Positions 1 to 13,830 of a stretch of DNA of 64,000 nt are shown here, piece by piece (the stretch's first letter is position 1; each line of letters begins with the position of its first letter). The stretch is from Catajapyx aquilonaris (taxonomy: Eukaryota): positions 1 through 64,000 of the forward strand of contig JYFJ02000715.1 of the NCBI GenBank assembly GCA_000934665.2, read 5' to 3'. The notes below the pieces were generated by a model, which saw nothing but the letters and a program-made list of their open reading frames with translations, was not told the DNA's origin and did not search any database. A program made the translations under genes and the position numbers.

Positions 1-28
1 GTGTGTAAGTCACTCTGGATGCACTTAC

Positions 29-1769
29 ACTCAGACATGAGCTTTTCGCGCTGCACCTTGATTGCTTCTTCTTTAGAGGTCAACTGAAAATAATATTAAT
101 TATTATTTATGCCTTTTCAACAGGTGCCACTTTTCCACTTTTCTTACCTTTTCAGTTGAGGAATTGAAATTTCTCAGTACTTCTTTCCCCTTCTTCAACT
201 CCATCTGACGTGTCTCTAGTTCGCGTTTCTTCTCTTCTTCTATCTTTGATAGGCTTGCATTCTTCTTTTTCAGTCTCATAATCGAGGCTACAGTTTTTTC
301 CCTCTGCTGTTCAAACTCCTTCCGCTGCTTGTCTTTCAGTGCCATGTGATTCTTCTTATTCTGTGTCTTTTCATTTTGCCTTACCTTCTCTAGATAAGCA
401 ATTTTAGGCGGTTTTTCCAATTCCACGGTCTCTCTCTGATGTTGATATGATGGAATCATTTTGTCTGCAATATGTAGTGGGTAGGCCTCCTCTTGAATCA
501 TAGCCTTTGGTTCATACATATCATGCGGTGTCTTTTGGGGCCTGAAATCCAGTTATGCCATTATTTACACATGAAAAGAAAAACCAAATCAACAGCACAG
601 TAATAAGTTCATTTAGTATCATAATTATTTTGAAGAGGAACATGCATACAGCCAAATAAAAAGCCATGGCTGCAGTTTAGCAACCATTAATCAACAGAAA
701 TGCAATATGGGGTGTGTCGACTAATAAGGGGGACTGGGAAGGGGGTGGGGTGTTAGCTTCCCAGTGGCTCCTGACCTTTGTTGAAAGGGAATGTGTCCGT
801 ATATACTAGACCTTCTCACAAATTTGTTGAGTTAGCCCTGGTGTAGGGGCCACTGCTCATTTTATAAGCCGGTTCCGGAATGAAAAGCAGGACATTGCTA
901 CATTGCTAGGGAAGTCAGGACTTCCAGTCATTGCTCTAATTCTAATAATGCAAGATATGACAAGTCATTGCAAAAATGTACCACCTGAAATAGGCCTTAT
1001 CCTTGAATGTCAGGATGAGCCTCTAACTTGCAAGGATAGCCCACGTCATGAGTTACTTTGGAGCAGGCAGACACCCTGCTGATTGATACTGGCATATGCT
1101 TTATGCATCAAAATATGGGAGCATAAATACACTTATCCCCCCAAAAATGCTAGAAATAACTTCAACATACAGTTTCTTGGTCTTCTCACGGAAATAATGC
1201 TTTTTTTGCTGCAAAGTGGCCTCATCATAGAATGCCATTATATCCTCTGCCTTCGCCTTTTCTGGTTGCATCTTCCTAGGATCACTTTGATGGGCAGTCC
1301 ATTCCTCATATGGTTTCATGGGATTTCTTCTCATACCAATCATTTCCTCCTCTTCCAGTTCACTCTGGTCTGTCTCAATATCTGGATCCTCCCTCTCTTC
1401 TGGTCTATTGATATTTTCCACCTGGACTCTCGGTTTCTCAAACCTGACGGGCCTGTGTGAGAGCTGTTCCCTTGAATGCGCAATGCTGTGAGCAGAAGAC
1501 ATCACAGCATCACTGGTGGGTCTTTCCTGCAACCGATTGTCTCTTTTGGTTGTTTTGAAGGCATGCTTGCTCTTCGTCTTGTTCTCTGATAATGTGGGAT
1601 AGATGTCAAAAATTATGTATTACTTATTTCATAATATGGTGCTGATGAGAAAAGAAGTCCTTTGATCACATTTACCTGGACTGATTTGGGTTTTGGAGCT
1701 TGAAGTGGAGCATCCATATCTGTATTGCAGGCGAGGGAACTTGTACATCAAGGGCTTGGTCTTGTACAT
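29..1769 (-). CDS. Uncharacterised coiled-coil protein, 5' part; the gene continues beyond the left edge of the window
   Basis: Exons 1769-1676, 1585-1171, 541-148 and 83-29 join in one frame across GT-AG introns (MYKTKPLMYKFPR...ENKTKSKH...LPQKTPHDMYEPK...LTSKEEAIKVQREKLMSE). The downstream part is E/K/R/Q-rich and heptad-like. A gtaagt donor follows base 29. The true start could lie further upstream. Confidence 0.7.
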
Positions 1770-2092
1770 GTTTCTTGGCTAGTGGAAGAACAACAATGCA
1801 TAAATATACAAAAGGAGACGTTGTATTGACTCGTTGACAGCACATCAAGGAAAAAGTCTCGTTGCTGCAAAAACTTTGAAGTGCAAATAATAATTATTTG
1901 AATTTTTGATCTACAAAATGTTTAAGCAGAAATGGTAAGTATATATTCGAGGATTGTGTTATTACATCAATCGCTGTTGCAGTTTTGCTACTTTACACAA
2001 TGCAATAACACAAATATACTATAAAACACTGATTAGATTAATATTGCAGACATTTTAGATAAAAACGTGACACATTTTTCAAAACGTCCCTC

Positions 2093-2094
<2 letters not shown>

Positions 2095-2142
<48 letters not shown>
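2095..2142. repeat. (GA)n microsatellite
   Basis: About 24 GA units with one interruption, in the divergent promoter region between the first two genes. Confidence 0.95.
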
Positions 2143-2194
2143 CCCTCAGCACCAATTGGCAACACTGCATTGGAACACTTTGTTTGGAACCGTT

Positions 2195-2208
2195 GTAGTC
2201 ATGGCAAC
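2195..2208. promoter_or_regulatory. Candidate RFX X-box
   Basis: GTAGTCATGGCAAC has a perfect GGCAAC half-site and an imperfect left half. It lies ~430 nt upstream of the coiled-coil gene ATG. Confidence 0.35.
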
Positions 2209-3330
2209 CATAAGGTCTTAATTTGTTGACACGTCAATCCGCGTTCTTTTTAAAAAATAAAAAGTCAGTAACGAAATTTTAAAAAATCTGCCCCGAGAGG
2301 AAACCGAACCGGTTCCACATAGCCCGCCATTTGGTTGCCCCATCTGACTAAATAATGTAGAGAGAACAATCTATCGTCATCGTTTCTTCCATTTGTTGCC
2401 TTATTTTTGTTGACACCTGTACCTGTACTTCAAGCCCACCTAAATAGAACGCGGCAGCATATCCTTGTTGACATATGAAATCAGATGATCAAAACCGGCT
2501 GTTCGATTCGAACTGGTGCTGGAGGTGTTCCGATGGGGGGATCCCTAGCTAGTAGCCTATATACATACCACGTACGTACAGTACAGTACCCGCTGATGGC
2601 AAGGTACAGTACGTTCGAAGGCGGCGACACGGATGCGGCTCACTCATCAACTGACGTCCTTCCTTGATCACTGTCGGCCTCCGAATGAAACAAGATGGCG
2701 GATGCTCACAAAGTCCACGTGAAATGCTCGTTCCGGGACCGGCTGATCGGGAATATCCTCGGAGAAGGGCCGCCTTGGCTCAAATACCAGATAGAAAACT
2801 GATGGCATTTCGAAAATAAATATAAACCAGAAAAAAAACAACAACACATTAATACTGTAGCTATAAAAATGTACTGTAGTATTCATGTTCATGTTTTATT
2901 ATTGTTGCACTGTGCTGTTCCCCAGGAGGTTAGGTTGCCTGCCAGACACCTCCAAGGTGCAGGTCAGAGACCCTCCCGACGCAGGTGAAAGGGAACTCCC
3001 CATGCTGGGATCGAACCTTTCACTCAGCAAGACGAGACGTTATACCATCTCAAACATCTCTCAACATCTCTCAAACATATCATCAACTGATATTATTATA
3101 ATAAGAAGAACAATGGCCAAACAATTAATATCTGCTGGCGCCTCCCACAGCGGCCGTATTCATGGAAACGTAGGTCTATCGTTATTGTTATTTTATAAAA
3201 TAGTGTTTATTGACACGACCGTTGGGACGTTGTTTCCTTACGGAGGTAATTTTTTTTTTACAGCGAAAAAGTTGTACAAAGGTAATAGCTAATCATAATC
3301 TGAGTTTATTAATATGAGCTAATAATTATA

Positions 3331-3505
3331 CAGTCGATTCTGAATATAGGAGACTTCAAGGGGCGGGGAAATCAGTATCCTATAACCGAGGTTTCCTATT
3401 ATAAGCAACTATACACAGTGCCTTATGGAAGTATGGCGCGACCAGCCTTTCGAGTTATAACCAAGAGTCTGTTATAGCCGAGGCTCTCATATCCGGAGTC
3501 GACTG
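3331..3505. mobile_element. Tc1/mariner-pogo-type MITE (family A), short internally deleted copy
   Basis: TA|CAGTCGATTCTGAATAT...ATATCCGGAGTCGACTG|TA: terminal inverted repeats with a TA duplication. Internal sequence is shared with the copies at 32776 and 47025. Confidence 0.8.
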
Positions 3506-3668
3506 TATTATACAAGCGATCTTGACATGTACAGTGTTTGAAAAAATGTGTTCCATCACATTGCATTCTGTACATAATGGAAGGAATTGGGGCAAATGTC
3601 TTTGATAATGTCAATGTGAAATATTCATAGTTTCAGATAGTATCTATAGGCTATACATTTCATAACCA

Positions 3669-6600
3669 ATGCTGGACGTGACAGCTTGCAATCTTATCAA
3701 AATGGATGGAAACTACCTAAAGGTGAGATTTCATCATTATTCGGAGCATTATATTTAACATCATATATACCTATAACGCATGTTTTTTAAAACCAGGTTA
3801 CTGGTAATGCGGTTCAGCCTCATTCCATCGCCAAGTGTAAAAGGGAAAATCAATCACAAGCCATCAGCAGCATATCGTCTATAGGCATGCCAATCGAAGG
3901 TAATCCTAACTTCTGCAGGAGAAATAAGGGCATCCTCGACGACTTCCATGTGAGTTACATGTTTTATAATGGTGCTCTCGTAGCTCTTCTCGTGTAACCT
4001 ACATTATTGTATTAATAATAAAATTTTCACTTTCAGAGGATCCAGAATCAGATAGAGTGCCATATTAATGCTAGGTTTTCACATTGCAACGGCCGACCTA
4101 CAATAAGCCCCCCAGGAAATAACCCGGTAAGTTTAGTACCCTACAAAGAGTAATTATTATACAGGCATCTTTGCATTAAACGCAAGCCTATATACATGTC
4201 ATGAAGGTTGTGTCGCATGAGTTGTGATGTAATACATAGTACAAGGATTATTGTTGCAGAGAAAAAATATCATTTCAAGAAAGACTGTATATTCTCAAAT
4301 CCTATATAATTATTCGATCAAATTTCTTTTAAAGAATTCGGTATGGATTTTTTATATATTCAATGTTCAGTACGGAATAGATGACGCACTATAACTTTGG
4401 CTAGGTTGAAAACAGCGTTAGTCGCAGATCCATCAGCTGATTTTCTTATTTTTTTACGACTTTCGAAGGGTCTGTTGTTCGTGAGAGTTTGCTACAGATT
4501 CTCTCAATTCCTACAACCAAACTGCATCGGCAATGACATATGGTTGATAATGTCGGGCCCCTCAATTATTATTAAGTTGTTTCCATTTCAATCCTGCGTA
4601 GTCACTATTCATCCAGAAGATGCAGATGTTCCAGAAGCCTAGCAGACCAAGCTCCTTAGAAATAGACCCGAGGGTCAAGTTGCCAGTAATCGTCAAAAAG
4701 TGCCCCAAGCCCACCCCGCATCCATTGACAGTCTTGTCCCTGCGACCGGGCAAGGAACCTCGCCAGGTGTCACAAGAGGCAATGCCAAGCTTAATGGGCG
4801 AAGAGTTCCACGGCAGGTCGCAAACTAACACGAGCAATCGAGGCACTAATCGTCGGGGAACTAAAAAGTCAGCCATTACCACCAAGAAGAGCTCAACTGT
4901 CCAACCCGTGGCAACCAGGAAGACGCTCCCAGACTACAACCTTCAGGTAAAGACGTCAGTACCTGAACGGACAACGATGCAAACTGTGGTGAGCTGCACC
5001 ATTCCATCAGAACCCGTCAAAAAACTGCCCGAAGTGGAAGTGGTCAGCAAGAAGAGCCGTCCAGTATTCCTGCCCAAATTCTGGACCGAAAAGCCAGTGG
5101 AGGTGACAGAAGACTACAATCAGGAGTTGAAGCAGAAGGCTATCGAACTGCCGGAGGTAAATGTGTTTCATTCAATTAGTTTCATGACTTGATTCGATGC
5201 GTGTATAACGTGTGGTTGCGTGTTTTGATAAAATTCCAGACAAGTTGGCTTCCCAATAAGCGTGACGCTAAGCTCCCCATCACGTATGCTCGTCCTCCAA
5301 AAAAACGTGATGATCATCATGGCAAACACTTGGACGTTTATGGCAAGGGCTGCGTAATACATATTCCAGAGGGTCACTGGAACCACCTATCGAAAGAAGG
5401 CACCTTCGACCCTCAAATTGTTAAGTGGCACGTGTACAGAATTTTCTTGAGGCAATGCAAGGACATGGCTGCTAACACGAGCACTGTTGCGACATGCGTT
5501 CCGTCTGTGGACAGTTTGAGGACGCGTACGGCCGGGACAGGATCTCCTACTACTACACCAATGAAACCCGTGAACCCCATAGCCGTTTTCTCAGCAGCAA
5601 TTTTGATCATGACCGATGAAATATCCGGGGATAGGACCAACACACCTGCTCTGAACAGTATTTTAGCTTTGAATAAGGAACAGCCCGCTGATCCCAAGTT
5701 CTACAAGGCGAAGTGCAGCCTGTCCAACTTCATAAGGGAATATCTGCAAGTGTTTAAAAAGCGGATCGTTTATTGGGCTGAGAGTTACGAAAACGTATTC
5801 CAGTACGGAAATGAGCTGAAGAAGTCTATGGCCGTCGACGCTTTGCTGCGAGATTTGGTCGATTTAGACGTGCAGGTAATGAAGGATGGAGAGTGTGGGG
5901 TGCTGCAAGCAGATATTGAAGGCACTCCGGATGACGATCGGCACGTATTGACATATCTGAGAAATTTCTCCGGAGATATAGAAGAGCAAGATAAGTACGT
6001 GGTTGACAGTTACGTCGGCAGACGCTTGCAACATTCAGTGAAGAAAGTTGAGAAGTGGCTGGATAAATTCGGCAGGCGTATAAAGGTGGAGAGTCTGGCT
6101 GCCTCAGAAGCAGCAACGGAACATAGAAAGGAGCAAACCGCAGGATATGAAGATGGATATGAGTGCAAAGAGATTGTTGTAATTGATGTAGACAATTATT
6201 CTGAGAATGAACGAGAGGAAATATGTAAGCGTATGAATGTCGCAGGCGTCGCCGTGATGTCCCCCACGAATGTTCAGACACAATGCTATTTGAGAACAGG
6301 CATGTCATGTCCTACTGTTAACATGGTGAAGCCCAAGAAGGTGATTGATATTATGCAAGAGAAACCTCTTACTGATCAGCCAAAGAAGGTGATTGATATT
6401 ATGCAAGAGAAACCTCTTACTGATCAGCCAAAGAAGGTGATTGATATTATGCAAGAGAAACCTCTTGCTGATGATCAGCCAAAGAAAGAGACGACATCAA
6501 GCCCGGTAAAAGTCAGAAAGAAAATACTCCGAAATTCATCTCCCGCGAGAGTGAAAAAATCTGCACATAACATGGTAGAAGACCTTGTCCGTCAGTTGAT

Positions 6601-6982
6601 GGCGGATTGGCATTCTTCCAACTCGGATCAGTTTGAACCATTGGAGATTTGCACTGGCAGTGCGACAGACGAGCCAGTTTGGGACGACGAGAGCGTCATT
6701 CAGTCTTCGGAAATGTGCCCTGCAGTAGAGCTTGGAAAGAAGAAGGTCATGGCTTGGTTAAGTAATCACGATATGCAAATGATGCAACCACCACCATATT
6801 TGGTAATAAGCCTATTTTTTTATGATGTGGGAAGTTTTAATCAGCATGTCTGTTATATATTAATCAATGTCTTTCTTTTTTTTCAGTCACAAGAATATGA
6901 AGATTCTGATTTCTCCTTTTGGGCATATCCAAGGAATCGGAAGAAGCAGCAAACAACCCTTGCCAAATGTGAGAAGAGATAA
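3669..6982 (+). CDS. Uncharacterised ~836-aa protein with an internal 16-aa tandem repeat
   Basis: Exons 3669-3722, 3797-3949, 4037-4126, 4602-5156, 5240-6802 and 6887-6982. All five introns are GT-AG and phase 0, and the frame stays open, including a 1563-nt exon. I do not recognise the family. Confidence 0.75.
6332..6487 (+). repeat. Coding tandem repeat, 48-nt unit x3 (PKKVIDIMQEKPLTDQ)
   Basis: Three nearly identical copies of ccaaagaaggtgattgatattatgcaagagaaacctcttactgatcag; the third carries an extra codon. Confidence 0.95.
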
Positions 6983-7359
6983 TAACGCATTATTATCATT
7001 TGGTGGTCATAAGCAAAGACATTTGTTTTATTTACAAAGAGAGCTAATTTTGGTAACCTGCAATTTACGTAACATAGCGAAAGAATGTCTATTTCGTTTT
7101 GCAAAACCCCATGGTGTCACTAATTCTTATGGCAGCACAAAAATTTTATGTACTTTTTACCCGAATAAAAATATATGCCGAATGGTTGTCCATGTATAAT
7201 GTCCGTGTGCTCTAAATGACATGCAAAGGTTGGAATTAATATCTTCTTATAATAATTGGTCGAGTGCAAAATAAGAAGCAGCGAAGTAAGTGGAACCGTA
7301 ATATGGCCTTCTGTATTTTGCTGAGGTGTTTAACGTACAGTAATTTATGCATTGATAAA

Positions 7360-8919
7360 TCACTGATGCTCTTGGAACTGCGCGATGATAATGAGGAATG
7401 TAAAGCAAGCATTCGCCATCTGAAATATATAAATAACTGTAAGAAACTCATCTCCTTAATATGTAATGTAATAACACTATATTACCGAAATGACGATCCC
7501 GCTTCTAACTTTGAAGAAGGAGGCTGATATCTCCACCTCAGGATGAGTCATTTTAGAGACCAAGGAGTGGATTTCCAGCTGACTTCCCAAATCAAGTGTT
7601 GACCTCTCCAAACCACGTACGTCGTGCAGGGTTGCGGTAGCCTGTACCAATGGTATTGTATCAGTCGCAAAAGCATATTAATATATTATCATAATCATAT
7701 CATGACATAAATTAAGGCATGCTTACAGTAGGGCACTTTATGTAGAGGTGTCATTATTTGGCCTTCAAATAGTATATTACACTCTCTCTTATGTGGCAGA
7801 TGCAGTCTACGACCCATCGCCTCGCCTTATGTTAAATCATAAATGGGCAAGGCAATATGGTTCGGCTGGGTGCATAGTCAGGATATTATTTTGAAAGACA
7901 CTGTATTATCTCATTAATGAGGCTGTCGAGACCAAATAATACCTCTACAAAAAGTGACAGTTTGATTCTCAATTAACACTAGAAGTTTGTGTAGTACAAC
8001 ATACCTCATGTGGTAGTCGCTCCAACAAGCACGTGACAAGCATGAGGATGGTCACTTTGGTAAAGAAAGCATACAAGAGAGCAGGTATTGTGGACTGAAG
8101 AGAATACCACAGCATGTGTGTAACGGTAGACACTACAATCACGAGTGCGTACAGGTAAGATATGGCCACTGACAGTCCATAGCACCTGTTCACATCACTG
8201 ACCAGGTCGCACAGCTCGTCAAAAGCTCCACTCATCTGGGCCAATCGTGGTGGTACCTTCCAGAACTTGAGGTGCTGGACGGTGTTCAGCGAACCGTACG
8301 CACGAGGCATACTTGCTACTACCTCGCGAATGGAATTGTTGACCAGCTTGAACCTCATTCGAATTGACTCAGAGAAGAAGACCACATGCATCAGCAGTAC
8401 GAAGGGAGCATGGCACATGATAAGGTAGGGCACCATGCCTAAGATGGCACCCATCCACGATGATGAATAATTCATGTGGTAGAACACACAGAGTGATATT
8501 GTTATCAGCAAGTAATACACCAAAAACACTACGGTCACTGCAAGAGTAACCTTCCTGACCCGCCTGTTGATATCACCAGTTCCTGACAGGATACTGTCAA
8601 AGGCTTGAAATTTCTGAAATAACAGGTGTATCCTTTCGCCATGGCAGGTGGTAATGAGAGATATGCTTACAAAGGTCAGGGTCACAGTGAAGCATGCGTT
8701 GATGTCAAGGATGTCCCCAACTGTTCCAGAAGTGAAGCGGAGCCTCCAGAATCGACCGAAGGCATCCCAGATCACCATCACAGTCAGGTACAGTACTAAA
8801 GAGGCATACCGGACAAATCTTTTGCCAAAAGTTTCTTTTGGGCGGGGATGAAGGCGGCAGAAAATTCCAAAAAGACGGGAGAAAATGGCCAGAGGCCAGA
8901 ATGAGTCATGAATGTCCAT
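7360..8919 (-). CDS. Gustatory receptor (7TM chemoreceptor, GR family), ~376 aa
   Basis: Exons 8919-8005, 7641-7486 and 7419-7360 with phase-0 introns near the 3' end, as is typical of GRs. Multiple TM segments. N-terminus FWPLAIFSRLFG; C-terminus EISASFFKV...TFLIIIAQF matches the GR TYxxxxxQF motif. Confidence 0.9.
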
Positions 8920-11900
8920 GGCAGAGCAGAGGACTGTTATCTTCTTGAGCTGCCCTAGTATTTTACATGTTGCTTTCAATCCATTTCATTATTTAATCAT
9001 TAATCTAATGGTTGACTTGGTGTTCAAAGGCACACCCTGCTCTCTGAAGATTAATGGCAAAGTCAACTGTTCCATCACCAGTGAACTTTTCAATAGGAAT
9101 TAAGGTTTGATGACAATGCTGGGAGTGGGAGTATTACTTGTCACTGCATTATTTATAACAAATGCCTGTGAATGTACGAATATGTGTGCTCTTAATGCTA
9201 ATCAATATGGAGCACTCTACAAATGCCCAGCAAGGTTCATGGACATATTGGATTTGACTCCCAAGGTCATCTAAGCTCACGTGAACATAAAATTAGGCCA
9301 ATAGCTGTTAATACTGACTGTTAAGCCTCAAGGAGTCAAAAGATGAATGTTTAATGAAGTTCAAAAGTGTTTGTTGAACCCAAAAATGTACGCAAGGGTG
9401 ATAGCAGATTTGGGCTGTAAGGTTATCCGAAGATTGTGACAACTAATTAATCCCGAGAAACTGGAAATCATTTCCCTGACCACAAAATGCATTAAACACT
9501 GACTTGCAAAATAACATTGTATATGTATTAAAATACAAATGTATACTTTTAAAACTCTTCATTTATTGAAGAATAATTCCTATAAGGTTTAGTGCAAGAA
9601 TCCGCCTTGACCTGCTCCACACACAACTTACAGTAGCTACACAATAACTCTGGACGTGTTGCTTTACCACTAATGTCTTACTCGTCTTACTCATTCTGAC
9701 CAATATGGGTTTCACATTATTGAAGAGACCATTGCAAGTCTGTTTAACGGCTAGGAGAATCTCAAGATAATTGAAAGGGCCAGAGTTACCATGTAACTGC
9801 TGCAACAAGATACATAAATCACTGGACACAATTTTCGTTACATTATAACCTATATGACACACTATTTACCGACAGTAATAAATGTCTGTTCTCCTGGATG
9901 CAAACAGTATAAGTATCCTGTGGTATATGATCGGAGACTTTCATGTGTGTATACTGCATGTCTCAAAATTTAGTTCAATGAGGGCCATTCTCAAAGCAAA
10001 CCGTCATGAAATTATCCTGGAAGTGACCAGTGGAAACACAAAAAAGCCCAGTCAGGGCGGTTGATAGAAGGATTCAAACACAGGATGTCCCAAACAGCCG
10101 ACTCTACATTAGACTCAGCCACCGCGGCATCGCAAGCACTTCATTTGCTACAGCCACTCTCAGTGCATGGTCTTCCTGCCTGCATTATTGTTGCAATATC
10201 ACACTCTTTTTCTACCTTTGTATCCATAAGAACAGACTCTAAGCTACGATTTGCATACTGCAGCAGGAAGTGATACCATAACCCGATGTGAAAAGGGGCA
10301 TAGGTAGGCAAGTGGTGCCTAATGGCCTCTAGTGAATTGGTTAGTGCCTGCAAAGCATGCGCCTTCATCACACTACATCCACCCATTGCTGTAATCCTCT
10401 CTTATTCATTAGTTGTTTTTAAAATGCCGACACTACCTTTCCTCGGGAGGTCAGCAAATCACAGTCCTACAATCACATTAATTATTTTCTTGACTTTACC
10501 ATGACTTCCTCCGATTCCAATGAGTGAGAGGGCACATCAGTGAGCAACGAGCAAACTACTGCATTGCAGGGTGCAGTAATCTATGCAATGAGTAATTTTT
10601 GTAATTTGAAAATACACATTCAAATGCCATGTATCGCACGGTTAATGCCACATGTTTGATGAACTTATTGCCTTCTTCTTATGCTACAAGCAATCTCTTT
10701 TACCACAGTTTACAACCCATACTTTGCAGGGTTAACATATTGCATTCCACATAATTCACACTTATTGCACATGGTGGACAACACTGCAGGGCATCCCAGA
10801 ATGTCATGCAAAGCTAGAAATAACAGCTGCGCCATCATTTGAATGTTACCATTTGAATGTGCTTGTCATTGGTAACCAAGGTTTATTTTAAGGAATTCTT
10901 GATGTAATCATATGCTACAAATCAGTGGTACTACAAAAAGCAGTCAAATTCCTACAAGTATTATGAATGTCTTCGATGATTCCTTCTCATCAGCTACAAA
11001 TACAAATCATCATCTAAACTGAAAAAATCAATTGCATTATAAGTTATGGCAATAACACATTGTTAAATACTGTAGCATATACTGAAGTTAATGTTTTGAA
11101 AAGTACAACCCATAACTAAATACCCTCGAAGCATGACTTTTTTTGTTGCATATTTCCAATAGATATTGGAAAGTAGAATCACAACTTAATGTAGGCTACA
11201 CTTATGAAATACTGGATTAGTGTATAAAACTGGAGAAAGGACTAATGACTTAAAATATTGACACTCACGAATAGACTACACATAAACATATATGCAAAAA
11301 CAAAAATAATACTTTGGCAAATTAGCTTGACTGAAAATTGATATACCGTAGAAATACACCGACAATGAATCCCAGGCTATAACTTCATTTTTTCAACACT
11401 ATTTTTAACACATCACATTTGCATTAATGTAGTCTGTCTGACGAATCGTTAAATTGTTAATATAAGACTATTAACAAAATTGCTTTCCTTATTCAGTTGA
11501 GCAATTGAATGCAATATTGTGCACATTTTCTGGCAATGCATGACAGTCCTGGAACAGCCCCGTACATTCAATGTAACACTTACGACCTACAATGAACATG
11601 GTAACAAAAATAAATATCTGATTTACCGAATAAAATGAATGCCTTGTGACTACAACTTTGCATGTGGTACATCATATACATACTATACACACAGGAGGAA
11701 TACCATGCGACCTGTCTGGTTTTCCACATATAACATGCCATTTTGCACTTGAAGTGACGTCTCACACCACGTGATGGATTTAGACGATTACGTGAGAGTT
11801 TAAGCAACTTCCGGGCTTTCAATTGCACTCTTTGTAGTAATAATTACTGCAACACAAAAACAGATCTGATGAGATCAGGCCAGATATTTTTAAAACTGAA

Positions 11901-12210
11901 TTTTAAAGGAATTTTACTGACCAGTTCCACAAAACAAATTGCGCAGAAACAAATCACACTGCTATTTCTCACCCGTCACTTCCAGATTAGATGCAAGATG
12001 GCACCTTGACTAAATGAAAAAGACAGGCACATAGTACATCTCCCTGTCACACACAGAATGAGACAAAACATCATAACGTATTTTTTATCACTGGAAGAGC
12101 ACAAAATTTTCATTTAGGTGTGTACCTGACATGGCAATACTTTCCAATCAAAATAAGAGACCAAGAAGACATTTTGTCTCACTCCTAATATGACATCCGT
12201 TTTATGGATG

Positions 12211-13200
12211 CTAGTCATACGAGTTGGGTGCGATGTGTCCCCCAACATAGATGTTGTCGTACAGATGACCGTAGAGATCATCGTCAGGGTGGTGGATGGC
12301 ATGTCTCAGGTTTCGAATAAACTCTCGTTTGGACATCTTGTTCTTCACATGTGGACTCGAGAGGTCCACCGAAAGGAGAATCAGGGAGAAGCACACTATG
12401 TACACTGCATCTGTGATAAAAAAAACAAGTGTTAATTATCCAATTCTCTCCACACATAGCACACTGCCAGATCATCATGCTGAGAAACTAATAATCCTAA
12501 CCTGCTGTGAGTCCAAGCTGCGGGTTGCACTCAATAAATCTTTTGGAGAACCTGTCAAGCATGACTTGAAGGTACTGTGAGCGGTCATTGGGAGCCTGCA
12601 GTTGAGTGAAGAAGCGGCGAAGAGCATTAGGCAAGAATTGGTTTTCGTAGTTGTGCAGCCTGACCAACTCGTCCAGCACATCCCGACGTGATTCGAGGTA
12701 CGTCCGCACCTGGCGGCGGTTCAGAGCACAAGTCTGGTGCAAGAAGAGGGCCACCTCTTTGCAATCGTCCGACACCAGGTTACGATGATGGAAATAGGCC
12801 ATGCCCTAATTAACAAAACGTGGTCAATAGTAAAAAAAGGTAGTGACGCAACAATCGGTGAACTTACAGCAAAACAATCGGCATTGAAGGTGAGCGACCC
12901 CTCATCTAACCACATGTAGAGTTTCCTGAACGATGGGCAGTCCGCTCGTGGCATGTCCCGATAGGCAGTGACATGACCCCACTGGTCCTTGCACAAGGTC
13001 TGCCACAGCACCTCATCTTGCGCCAAACCTTCCCACACACACGCAGCCAGGCAGAGGTCAGTCGCATTCAGATGGGACAGAACGGCCAGGCTCAGCTCCG
13101 GTGGCAGCTCGGCCAGATCCGGAAACTTCTGAACACCCCTCCGACGACTCTGAACCGACTGATGGTCGGGCTCTATCAACCGCCGGATGGTCTGACCCAT
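12211..13200 (-). CDS. FBXO8: F-box only protein 8 (F-box + Sec7 domain), 278 aa
   Basis: Exons 13200-12868, 12805-12502 and 12410-12211. F-box FPDLAELPPELSLAVLSHLNATDLCLAACVW; Sec7-like LPNALRRFF...FSKRFIECNP and DAVYIVCFSLILLSVDLSSPHVKNKMSKREFIRN. Probable 5' UTR intron 13234-13514. Confidence 0.95.
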
Positions 13201-13559
13201 ATTTAGAACTGATGACCGCTAATCAGGTTACACCTAACGGAACAAAAAATTAAAATCAATACACATGTTTCCGTACACCGAATGGAACTAAAATCAATAC
13301 AATCTGGAACATGCACTATGGACAATTACATGTGTTACATTAAAACAACCTCAATTTAGGAACATAATTTCTGCAAAATTTTTGCAAAAAACGACGCACT
13401 TTTTTCGAACACCCACATACTTTGAAACCCTCTGTGTTGTCCCACAAAAGTGATTGTCCTTTTTATATACAATTACATGGTGAGTGTACAGTCATATTTG
13501 GGCAGTGTAATTACCGTCTCATCACTACTTCCACGTCTCCTGAAACCAGCAAACGACAA

Positions 13560-13830
13560 ACACATTGCAAAGAATAATAATTCGCAAGAAAATAAAAAAA
13601 ATCGGGACGAAATCAAAAACAAAGATGGCCGCCATAATTAAAGTGCGTCGAACATTCCGAATTTCTTTGGCTATCTCTCTAAAATTTTAATTTAATCAAA
13701 TACTAAAATACGTCACCATCTGATCACATTTTGATATTAAAATTAATAAGTTTAATTTGCACTGGATTGGCTACACTGCGACGTCGAACATCCGTCGAAC
13801 GTCATTATCAGGTATTGCGTCTTTTTATGT
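13560..13830. promoter_or_regulatory. Putative bidirectional promoter between FBXO8 and the FBA F-box gene/CEP44
   Basis: Lies between divergent 5' UTR splice donors (13514 on -, 13907 on +). Contains a YY1-like AAGATGGCCGCCAT at 13622-13635. Confidence 0.5.

Noticed and set aside
2912..3060. Possible SINE or tRNA-like fragment (GGTTCGATCCC on the - strand near 3006-3017)
   Set aside because: Only a B-box-like motif, with no second copy in the window and no definable boundaries.
4371..4600. Extra exon of the orphan gene starting at ttcag|4371
   Set aside because: Stop codons occur in all three frames within 25 nt; the acceptor at 4601 restores the frame instead.
9563..10504. Cluster of short ORFs between the GR and FBXO8
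   Set aside because: No consistent splice or frame model and no recognisable motifs; probably UTR or decayed repeat.
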